The translations under genes and the position numbers were made by a program. Below are positions 51,779 through 62,862 of a stretch of 64,000 nucleotides of DNA, piece by piece. Numbering within the stretch: the first letter of the stretch is position 1; every line of letters begins with the position of its first letter. Source of the DNA: Phaeosaccion multiseriatum (taxonomy: Eukaryota > Protista > Ochrophyta, other classes); assembly GCA_965112735.1 (NCBI GenBank), contig OZ218963.1, positions 62,001-126,000 on the forward strand, read 5' to 3'. Below the pieces are notes generated by a model. That model had not been told where the DNA came from. It saw nothing but the letters and a program-made list of their open reading frames with translations, and ran no database searches.

Positions 51779-54700
51779 TCAGCCGCTGTAGCCCACGTAA
51801 GTGGGTGTGTATGCAGGGGGGCCGCCTCCCACGTTCATGGTATCTGCGCCCCCCTCGCCCTGTGCCCCTGCCCCTGCCCCCCCCTGTACCTCCACAGTCC
51901 CGAACAGCGGCGGAGGGCTTGCCCACACGTTCTCGAACGAAAAGCCCGAGGTCACCCCCTGTGATGTGTTGCCCCCTCCGCCGCCGAAGTTGCTGGGTGC
52001 GAAGGTCCCCGCCCCCCCCCCTCCCGCCCCCCCGCCCGTCGCCTCCCCGTAGCTTGGGAGCGCATCGTCCTGCCCCGTGGATACGGCCGCCCCTCCCGCA
52101 TGCGGGTATACCTTACCATCGCCGCCCATACCGATTGGCTGCTCCATGCCCTGCGGCTGTTGGTTCACCACCACGCCCTGTTGGATTTGCCCCAGCGGCA
52201 CCACACCGAGGGGTTGCTGCCCTTGTGGCTGCTGCGCATATGCCTGCTGCTGCGCGTTGACAAAGTTGGTGCTGAAAGCCTCGGGTAGAGAGGCGCACTC
52301 CACGGGCTGATTCAGCGTCTTCTTGGTCTTGAAGCAGCCGAAGATCCCGTCGGGGATGTTGAGCGAAACTGCCACCACATAGCTCCACACCAAGGGGTCC
52401 GCCTGCCTCTCCTTGCCGCCCATGGCAGCGAGCCTTGCCTCGGCCTCCAACTTGGCTCTCTCTCGGCCCTCCTTGTCTGCCCCGTACATGGCTAGCATAT
52501 GTCGGCTAGGCCCGCCGAAGCCCTCGAAGGAGGGAGGACCCGGGGGCATCATGAACACGGGCTCTTGTCCATCAAACACGGCCTGGGGGAGGTGTCAGGA
52601 CAGGAGGAGTCAGGACAGTGGATGGGTTTCAGCAAAGAGGGCGTCAGCATAGAGGGTGTCAGGACCGGTTATTGTCTGGCGAACACGGCCTGGGGAGTGG
52701 TGAGTGAGTGAGAGATTGAGTGAGTGAGTAAGAAGGAAGTGAATATGTGAGTCATTAATGCGTGAGTGGGAGGTAAGTGAGTGAGCTGCGGAGAAACCTT
52801 CGGTTTTTGATCTTCCGGCATATCGATCTAGGTGAGAGCTCCATTAAACTGCAACTTCAACTCACCGCCGCCTCCCCATCCATGCCTCCACCGAGGAAGA
52901 TCGTCCTCTGCGCGAGGGTGACGGAGTTGCCGTGCGAGTGGCTGCTGTTGTTGGTTTGGAGGCTCATCATGCGAATCAGGCGGAACTCCATCTGTTGATC
53001 AACGAGGGGGTGAGATGTAAGAGAGAGAGAGAGACAGATGGAGAGACCGAGATGAGAGTCTGAGAGGGAGAGAGATGAGGACATGGAGAGTCGGAGAGAG
53101 AGAGAGAGAGAGAGACAGGCCTCGTGCCCATTGGAATGGTCGTGGGCCCCTCGAGGAGAAAGCCAAAGTGATGCTCGTCGCTTCTCCTCCCCTGCGCAAC
53201 AAGCACACGCACGCACACACACACCGCCCTCCAGTGCCATCTTCTCCCCCTGAGTCCCTCCTCCTCCTCGTGCCCCCCCCCCCCCCCATCCACTGCCATC
53301 TGTTGACTTACCGTGGCCCCCTGCGCCAAGTCCTCAGGGATGAGGGTCCTCATTGCGCCCTTCTGCATGAATACCCCTTCGTTGGGCATGTACCTGGGTA
53401 GGCGTATGTCAATGAACAGAATCAGTAAGTCAATGACTAGTGAGGTTCGTGGGCATCGAGATATAAGATGCGATACCCATTCAAGGGAAGGTGGCACAAA
53501 ACGTCTAGAGGTAGTGAGTTGTTTGAAGTGCATTAATGATGGGCCTCGAGATGATAAATTCAGTTAGCCACCGCCTTAACGTTGGTAGGTTGGAAGGGAG
53601 GTAGGCAGACAGGCAGGTTGGCAAACAAGCAGAGATAGGTAGATCGGTGGGCAGGCAGGTAGGTAGGTAGGCAGGTAGGAAGGTAGGCAGGTAGGTAGGT
53701 GGGTAGGCAGGTAGCTAGGTAGGTAGGTAGGTAGGTAGGTAGGTAGGTAGGTAGGTAGGTAGGTAGGCAGGCAGGCAGGTAGGCAGGTACGTAAGCTTCT
53801 TGGTCGCGACACGTTCGTACCCGGATTTGAGCAGCGACACACTGAGGCTCACTTCTCCTCTAGTTACGCACGGACAGGGCATGGAGCAGCAGCAGAAGAT
53901 CAGGCAAGCGGGCACACGCTGCTTCACCTGTTGGTGATACAGGCGGAGGGGGCAGGGAGGGGCTAGTGAGAGGCGACAATACATGCCTGTTCGGCTGTGC
54001 AGTCACTCACACACTCAGCAGGGAGTGTGTCATAAGTCGTCACGATTCAGCGAAGCTCTGCTCTGCCGACGTCTTGGCCAGACTCAGGCTCTCACAGATG
54101 ATGAGCACCTCACAGCCCAGGCACTTCAACGCGCCATCTGTCGTTCTCTCTTGCTCTGTATTTCTCTCTCTCCGTCTCTCCCTCCCTCTCTATGTATCGC
54201 TCTCCCTGCAGTGCCCTCTCTCTATTTCGCCCCCTCTCTCTCTCTCTCTCTTCCCGACATGGCAATGCACTCACTCACCGTAAATGTCTCCTGCGCGATG
54301 GGCGGGGGGATGGGCAAGGAGGGCGAGGGCTGCAGCACGGTGAAGTACGCACGCGTGGAAGGGTTCTTCTTCCATGCTGCGGGGGATGGCAGTAGACGGG
54401 GGGAGGGGCGGCGGTTTCCGAGTAGAGGAGGGGGAGGGGGGGAGGGTGGAGAGATGAGACCAGTGAGGAAGAGTAGCACACGCGGCCTCGACACGCGCAA
54501 AGGCCTGACACCTGGTACCTGACACTTGACGTTGAAAGAGCCCGACACGGGTATTCACTGGTATCTACCGCTCCCTCGCTTTTACCCTCATACCCCACGC
54601 ACCCGATCCTCCCCATCCTCGTCCACTTCCTCGTCGTCCTCCTCATCCTCCCCCTCCTCCTCCTCCTCCTCCTCCTCCTCCTCCTCCTCCTCCTCCTCCT

Positions 54701-56503
54701 CCTCCTCCTCCTCCTCCTCCTCCTCCTCCTCCTCCTCCTCCTCCTCCTCCTCCCCATCCTCGTCCACTTCCTCGTCGTCCTCCTCATCCTCCCCCTTCTC
54801 CTCCTCCTCCTCCTCCTCCTCCTCCTCCTCCCCATCCTCGTCCACTTCCTCGTCGTCCTCCTCATCCTCCCCCTTCTCCTCCTCCTTCCTCCCGTTCACC
54901 CCCCCCCCCTCCTCTTTCCAGATAGCACTCCTACTTGTACTCACAGATGTCGATGAAGCTGTAGACGCTGTACCGCACGTAGCCTGCTGCGTCGGAGCGC
55001 CCCCCCCCCCTCCCACCTGCGCTGGGCCCCCGTCATCATTGTCGTGGTCGTGCTGTCCGTGCCTATCCGACATCTCGATCGTGGAGGGTAGAGTGCTGGA
55101 CAGAGGGAAGGAGAAGGGCATGGTTACGGTGCCCGGTGGAAGCACGAACTCCTCGTCGGGGGGCGGGAAGGCGGTGCCCATCGGCATGGCGCTCGGAGCG
55201 GAGTACACCTGCGGCGGGCGAGGAGAGGAAGGAAAGGGTGGGTGATGCATGGGTTTGTTAGACAAGTATGGCAGACACGCAAGAACGTGCTCTGCTCTGC
55301 TCACAAAGCTCAAAGGAACTTCTTCCTTCCTCCCCGCAGACGAGCAGGCGAGCAACGACATTGTACGTGGGTGGGTGGGTGGGTCAAGGAACAAACAGCA
55401 GCAGGTGGGCACAGAGAGAGAGAGAGAGAGAGGAACAGCACACACAGAGAGAGAGAATGAAACTCGCCTGCACATACACATCATTCTTTCCAATGAGGTC
55501 CGCCTTCCTCAGCCCGGAGGCCCTGATGAACTCGATCCGCAGCTGCCGCTTCGTGGGGGCGCCCATCTCTCCTTGCCCCTGGCTGCCCCCCATCCTGGGC
55601 GAGTGAGGAGGGATGCCCATCCTGGCTTCGTACTCGTCGAGCCATTGCACGTCCACCTCCACCTCTCCCTTAGGGAGGGGCTGCCCCTTGCGGCTGAGCT
55701 GTAGAACGCTCCTCCCCCCTCCCTGCCGCGTGAGCAGGCCCGTGTCGAGCAGCACCTCGCCGAGCAAGTCGTCCTTCTTGCCCCTGCGAGTTGGTGATAC
55801 GGCAGGGGAGGCGACGGAGGGCATCGCGTTAAGCGGCAGACAGAGGGCAGACAGGCAGGACCAGTGGCATACCAAGGAAGGAAGGGAGGGAGGGATAGGC
55901 AGCAGCAGCTGCTCTTGACCGTGACCATCCTCTAGCACACACGCTGCTATCACCCTCCGGCCATGACCATACGCTTCTCACATATCGTAGTCCATGACCC
56001 TGCAGATGAGCGGCTCTCCCTGCCCCGCAGACACCACGAGCACCCCGCGCTTGTCCGAGCTCGGCGTGGCGAAGAAGAAGTCGCTGCCCGCCCCGTCGAT
56101 GACGCTTGTCTTGTTGAGCGGTCCAGCCACGCAGGTCTGGTACTCAGCATACTCCTTGCTGTGCGAGTGGTGCTCCACACGCCGATCGTCGCCCGTCCCG
56201 TGCTCCTCCTGCCAGCGAGAGAACGGAGGATGGAGGGCAGAGCAAAAGGAAAGGGAAAAGAGTCGTGCGCTGAGTCAGGGGCTGTGCATGGGACGAGAGA
56301 GCAAGCCTTGCAACGGAACAACAAACACACAATCGCCCTCTTACCGTCCATCGACAATGCCCTTTGCCCTCAATCTTGAGCTGCACGCCCTTGCAGGTGG
56401 TGTTTGCATTGGTGGTGAGATAGAGGACGCCCTTCACCGTTTCTCCGGCATAGTACGTCTGCCTTTCCAGCTTGATGCGAAAGTCCTTCACGCTCAGATT
56501 CAT
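51779..56503 (-). CDS. Alpha-arrestin (arrestin N + C) with inserted C2-like domain and PY motifs, copy A; 1-nt frameshift in a G homopolymer as assembled
   Basis: Exons 56503-56345, 56208-55982, 55783-55468, 55208-54945, 54376-54279, 53927-53821, 53393-53312, 52991-52866, 52582-51779. Arrestin N: TYYAGETVKGVLYL...GVQLKIEGKG..W...LPPG..MPFSFPLSSTLPST...GYVRYSV. Arrestin C: VSLSVSLLKSGYMPNE. Tail LPSY and PPAY. Alternative upstream ATG at 56584. Confidence 0.85.
54600..54890. repeat. (TCC)n-rich expansion in intron of arrestin copy A only
   Basis: Absent at the equivalent position (about 62283-62300) of copy B. Confidence 0.85.
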
Positions 56504-58067
56504 CGTGCTCTGCTTTTCTTTATGCTTCGGGTGTTGTTGTTGTTGTTGTTGTTTTTGTTGCAGTTGTGAAATCGCTTGACTCATTGCCTTATTCGACCCG
56601 TAAATGTGCAACTGAAACTGACCTTGTAACTAGCTCACTTTTTACCCCAAGAACGCAGGTCCCAGCCAGCCAGGAGTGGCTGAGGGGGGGGGTCCCGCAC
56701 GACCCGAGTCCGAGTTAATCCGGCCGAATCCAAGTTAGGCTGGCAGATTCAGAGCTAGCCCCTGCCTCAAGACTAGGAATGACCTGCAATCTGAGTTAGC
56801 AAGCCCAATATCCAGTAAAAAAGCCCTTAGTAGCTAGCTATATGCGCCCCCCCCGGGTCATAATTCACATCTCTCGTACCCTTCCCCCTCCTTGAACATA
56901 CCTGCCTGTTACGAGTGGGGCCGTACATTCTAGTCTACCCTTTTTAAGACCAAAGCTGAGTTAAGAAGGAGTCCAAAAATGCGTTTTAGGTCAGCCAAGC
57001 GCTATCCGAGTCCGAGACGGCGGAATCCACGTTAGGAGCGAGTCTGGGAATCCATGCGGGACTGTGTGTCGTGGAGTCTCAAATGTCAGACCTCCCGGTC
57101 TAAAGTCAGAGGATAGGTATCAGCAAAAGAAAAGGAAAAGGATGAGTTCTAACACAAAGGTGGTGCACATGTTGGAATCCGGTCTGTAGTCGTCATCTGG
57201 CTGGAGCTGGCCCCTCTTGTATGCACGGTCAGTCGCAGGTGGTGGATAGAGATAGGGAGAGTGGATAAAGGTCAAAACAACAACATCCAAGCACATACGA
57301 TCCCCTAGCTGTTGGACATCCTGTGTGTGTGTTGGCGGCGACTCCACACATAGGGTGGCTGGCTCACGTGTGGCGGGCGTAGTAGCCCTTCCCACCCCCC
57401 CCACTGGCTACGCATCGTTCAAGATCCTTCATGCAAGCTAATTGTGTCACTCATAATTGTCACAAGGCAGAGCAAGTCGTCCGATCTTCCCCTCGCTCCG
57501 CCAGCAGTGCAGAAAGACCTGCCTTGTTGAGCCCCAACTCGGTTTGGTATAGGAATGGGTGAACTCGGATCTGGCATTGGCTGATGGGACTGGCCGGGTC
57601 GATTCGGGCATTATCCGGAGTGAGGGGAAAAGGATATCTTCATGATGATCTTGTGAAATGTATAATGTAAGGCATTTGCTCCTGGGAATTCCAATGAATG
57701 AACTGCTGCACCTGCACTTTCCTTCCCTCGAAGAGCCTCCTTCTCCTCCCGGGAAGAAGAGAAGAGTCTCTCCCTGCCGAGCGAGGCAAGAGACTCTCTC
57801 CCCTCCAGCCTACTGCCTCTATCTATCGATATCTATATCTATATAGAAGAGATTATACACCGAACCGCGTACGCCATGTCACGGAAAAGCACGCCGAGTC
57901 CGTTCGTCCTGCAGTTGCGATACTTTGCCGAACTGAGGGTCTTGTCTCTCTGTCTCGATCCTCTGCCATCCCCCACGCTCATCTTTGTCTCAAGCAAAGA
58001 GCCCCTTCCTCACTGACGTCCTAGCTAGGCCTAGGACAAGAGGAGGGGGCAGTCTCTCGTTGGCTTA

Positions 58068-58549
58068 CTAGGCGGAGGCGGAGGGCATCTTGTCGGGAAG
58101 GTACCGGATGAACACTCCGTCTGAGCCGATGGCGAAGCCCTGTCACACGCAACAAAGGCACAAGACAGAGAGAGAGGGAGAGAAAGAGAGGAGACACAGA
58201 GAGAGAGAGGTTTAAGTGACAAGGAAATAGGCAGCGGTTCTCCACTCTGCCCCTCTGGTGAGAGTTAGCGTAAACGCCGGCCCTTCCTCCCCACCCCCTG
58301 CCTACATGCCTCCCTCCCTTCCTTCTGTGTTCCGAAATCGACCTCTTGATTGAAACTCGTGTGCTGGCAGTATTGGATAGTGAAACCGAAACTCCTGTGA
58401 CCGCTACCACTGCCCCACGCACACGCGCACGCACCTTGTCCTGTCCGAAGAAGAGCACATTGTACAGGTTTCCGCGCTGTGCGTACACTAGTCGTCGAAT
58501 CTGTGGCAGGATGGCGGGCTTGCCCATACTCCGCGCCCTTGGTAGACAC
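58068..58549 (-). pseudogene. HCF136: 3' fragment (last two exons) of an HCF136/Ycf48-like photosystem II assembly factor
   Basis: Exons 58549-58435 and 58139-58068 splice to ...RGNLYNVLFFGQDK|GFAIGSDGVFIRYLP...stop, matching the remembered HCF136/Ycf48 C-terminus (NLY.V.F....GF.LG.DGVLLRY). The upstream part is cut at the duplication junction (about 58812). Confidence 0.6.
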
Positions 58550-59426
58550 CTGCGGGGATGGCAGGGGATGGCCGAGGATGGCAGTGGACAGGGAGGGGGG
58601 GTAGTACAAAACGGTAAGAGGGGACACGAGTACGCATACACTCACACACACACACCCACACGCGCGCGCAACACAAACACTCAAACGCACACACGCACAC
58701 ACACGCACACACTCACACACTCACTCATACACACACATGAACACACTCTCACACACACACACAAACACACTCACACACACACGGACACACTCACGCGCAC
58801 ACAGAGCCAACTCGTCGAGACCGACCATTCACCGGCATCGTCCACTGCCATCGCGCAAGCAATCAGACCATCACTGCTGCCCAGGAGCCATAGAAGATCA
58901 AGAAGAAGAGGGAGAAGAAGATAGCCCACCTCAGCTGCCACCTCAGCTGCTCACCTAAGCTGATGTCCAATGTGGGGCATGCGAAACACAAGCCTTCTTT
59001 TCTTCTTTCCAAACGCAAGCCGGGCTGCCTGTGGACCTCCCAGCTGTGAGTAGAGCCGATGCTAGCCCATATGCCCACAGCCCATAAACCCCATGGAGTA
59101 TAATGGGACAATGGGGCTCGTCCTCTCTCACCCTCCCCCCCTGGAGAATGTCGATGTCGATGTATTCGATATTGACCGAAAGTGGAAGAGGCCTCTTGCC
59201 AGAAACTCGCTTGGGCTGCCCCCACTCCTCCCCCCCAGGCCTTCTGGGGATGCCTCTCTCTCTCTCGCTCGCGTCTGTCTGCCTCTCTTCCCCTCCCTGC
59301 CCGCGGGTGCCATCCAGTGCCATCCAGACAGTCAGTAAGTCAGCAACAGGGGGGAGTTGTACACTTCACACAACTCCTACAAGTAGGTGTGCGTATGTGT
59401 GTGTGTACCATACATAAGTCACTAAT

Positions 59427-62400
59427 TCAGCCGCTGTAGCCCACGTAAGTGGGTGTGTATGCAGGGGGGCCGCCTCCCACGTTCATGGTATCTGCGCCCC
59501 CCTCGCCCTGTGCCCCTGCCCCTGCCCCCCCCTGTACCTCCACAGTCCCGAACAGCGGCGGAGGGCTTGCCCACACGTTCTCGAACGAAAAGCCCGAGGT
59601 CACCCCCTGTGATGTGTTGCCCCCTCCGCCGCCGAAGTTGCTGGGTGCGAAGGTCCCCGCCCCCCCCCCTCCCGCCCCCCCGCCCGTCGCCTCCCCGTAG
59701 CTTGGGAGCGCATCGTCCTGCACGGCCGCCCCTCCTGCGTGCGCGGGGTACAGTTTCCCATCGTCGCCCATACCGATTGGCTGCTCCATGCCCTGCGGCT
59801 GTTGGTTCACCACCACGCCCTGTTGGATTTGCCCCAGCGGCACCACACCGAGGGGTTGCTGCCCTTGTGGCTGCTGCGCATATGCCTGCTGCTGCGCGTT
59901 GACAAAGTTGGTGCTGAAAGCCTCGGGTAGAGAGGCGCAATCCACGGGCTGATGCAGCGTCTTCTTGGTGTGGAAGCAGCCGAAGATCCCATCGGGGATG
60001 ACGAGCGAAACTGCCACCACATAGCTCCACACCAAGGGGTCCGCCTGCTTCTCCTTGCCGCCCATGGCAGCGAGCCTTGCCGCGGCCTCCAACTTGGCTC
60101 TCTCTCGGCCCTCCTTGTCTGCCCAGTACATGGCTAGCATATGTGGGCTGGGCTCGCCGAAGCCCTAGAAGGAGGGAGGACCCGGGGGCATCATGAACAC
60201 GGGCTCTTGTCCATCAAACACGGCCTGGGGGAGGTGTCAGGACAGGAGGAGTCAGGACAGTGGATGGGTTTGGGTAAAGAGGGTGTGACGACAGAGGGTG
60301 TCAGGACCGGTTGTTGCCTGGCGAACACGGCCTGGGGAGTGGTGAGTGAGTGAGAGAGTGAGTGAGAAGGTAAGTGAGTGAGTGAGTGAGTGAGTGAGTG
60401 AGTGAGTGAGTGAGAGAGTTTGTGAGTAGTAAGTGAATGGGTGAATCATTGAGTGAGTGGGGGAGAGAGTGAGAGAGTGAGGGAGTAAGTGAGTACTAAG
60501 TGAGTGAGTGGCAGAGAAACATTCGGTTTTTGATCTTCCGGCATATCGACCTAGGTGAGAGCTCCATTAAACTGCAACTTCAACTCACCGCCGCCTCCCC
60601 ATCCATGCCTCCGCCGAGGGAGATCGCCCTCTTTGCGAGGATGACGGAATTGCCACGCGAGTGCATGCCGCTGTTGGTTTGGAGGCTGATGGTGCGGATT
60701 AAGCTGAACCCCATCTATTGATCAACGAGGGGGTGAGATGTAAGAGAGAGAGGGAGAGAGGGAGGCGGAGAGAGAGAGACAGATGGAGAGACCGAGATGA
60801 GAGTCTGAGAGGGAGAGAGATGAGGACATGGAGAGTCGGAGAGAGAGAGAGAGAGAGACAGGCCTCGTGCCCATTGGAATGGTCGTGGGCCCCGCGAGGA
60901 GAAAGCCAAAGTGATGCTCGTCGCTTCTCCTCCCCTGCGCAACAAGCACACGCACGCACACACACACCGCCCTCCAGTGCCATCTTCTCCCCCTGAGTCC
61001 CTCCTCCTCGTGCCCCCCCCCCCATCCACCGCCATCTGTTGACCTACCGTGGCCCCCTGCGCCAAGTCCTCAGGGATGAGGGTCCTCATTGCGCCCTTCT
61101 GCATGAACACCCCTTCGTTGGGCATGTACCTGGGTAGGCATACATGTCAATGAATAGAATCAGTAAGTCAGTGACTAGGGAGGTTCGTGGGCATCGAGAT
61201 ATAAGATGCGATACCCATTCAAGGGAAGGTGGCACAAAACGTCTAGAGGTAGTGAGTTGTTTGAAGTGCATGAATGATGAGCCTCGAGCTAGGTAGGCAG
61301 GCAGGCAGGTAGGTAGGTAGGTAGATAGGTACGTAAGCTTTTTGGTTGCGACACGTTCGTACCCGGATTTGAGCAGCGACATACTGAAGCTCACTTCTCC
61401 TCTTGTTACGCACGGGCAGGGCATGGAGCAGCAGCAGAAGATCAGGCAAGCGGGCACACGCTGCTTCAGCTGTTGGTGATACAGGCGGATAAGGCAGGGA
61501 CGGGCGAGTGAGAGGCGATAATAACATGCCTGTTCGGCTGTGCAGTCACTCACGCGCTCAGCAGGAAGCGTGTCATAAGTCGTCACGATTTAGCGAAGCT
61601 CTGCTCTGCTGTCGTCTTGGCCAGGCTCAGGCTCAGGCTCTCACAGATGATGCTGCAGCCAGGAGCAGGGCAGCACCTCACAGCCCAGGCACTTCAAAGC
61701 GCCCTCTCTCTGTCGTTCTCTGTCGCTCTGTATTTCTCTCTCTCTGTCTCTCCCTCCCTCTCTATGTATCGCTCTCCCTGCCCCTCTCTCTCTATGTCGC
61801 TCTCTCTCTCCGCCCCTCTCTGCACATCACTCTCACTTTCTCTCCCCCCCTCTCTATACATAGCTCTCTCTCTCTCTCCATCTCTCTCTATACATAGCTC
61901 TCTCTATATGTCGCCCCCCCTCTCTCTCTTCCTGACATGGCAATGTACTCACTCACCGTAAACGTCTTCTGCGCGATGGGCGGGGGGATGGGCAAGGAGG
62001 GCGAGGGCTGCAGCACGGTGAAGTACGCACGCGTGGAAGGGTTCTTCTTCCATGCTGCGGGGGATGGCAGTAGACGGGGGAAGGGGCGGCGGTTTCCGAG
62101 TAGAGGAGGGGGAGGGGGGGGGAGTGGAGAGATGAGACGAGTGAGGAAGAGTAGCACACGCGGCCGCGACACGCGCAAAGGCCTGACACCTGGTATCTGA
62201 CACTTCACCTTGACAGAGCCCGACACGGGCATTCACTGGTATCTACCGCTCCCTCGCTTTTACCCTCATACCCCACGCACCCGATCCTCCTCCTCCTTCC
62301 TCCCATTCACCCTCCCCCTCTCCTCTCTCCCGGACAGCACTCCTACTTGTACTCACAGATGTCGATGAAGCTGTAGACGCTGTACCGCACGTAGCCTACT

Positions 62401-62825
62401 GTATCGTTGCGTCCCCCCCCCCCGCCCACCTGCTCTTGTCCCCTGTCATCATGGAGGGGGAGGAGCTGCTCCTGGCCACGCCTGAACTCGATCGTGGAGG
62501 GCAGAGTGCTCGACAGAGGGAAGGAGAAGGGCATGGTAATAGTTCCCGCTGGCAGCACAAATCTCTCGTTGGGGGGCGGGAAGGCGGTGGTCAGCGGCAT
62601 ATCGGCGCTCGGAGCGGAGTACACCTGCGAGGGAGGAGAGGAAGGAAAGGGTGGGTGATGCATGGGTTTGTTAGACAAGTATGGCAGACACCCAAGCACG
62701 TGCTCTGCTCTGCTCTGCTCACAAAGGTCAAGGAACTTCTTCCTTCCTCCCCGCAGACGAGCAGGCGAGCAACGACATTGCACGTGGGTGGGTGGGTGGG
62801 TCAAGGAACAAACAGCAGCAGGTGG

Positions 62826-62862
<37 letters not shown>

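Noticed and set aside
54588-54944. Poly-Glu/Asp C-terminal extension in ORF 54588..55493
   Set aside because: Falls inside intron 54377-54944 and is absent from copy B; it is only in frame because of the homopolymer frameshift.
56600-58000. Microsatellite-poor, lower-GC stretch as a transposon remnant
   Set aside because: No terminal repeats, target duplication or recognisable transposase/RT motif; may be promoter and 3' flank. A repeat-library search would be needed.
60165-60167. TAG as evidence for stop-codon reassignment
   Set aside because: TAG is the normal terminator of the glycosyltransferase, phosphatase and IF-2 models; a single substitution in a duplicate is simpler.
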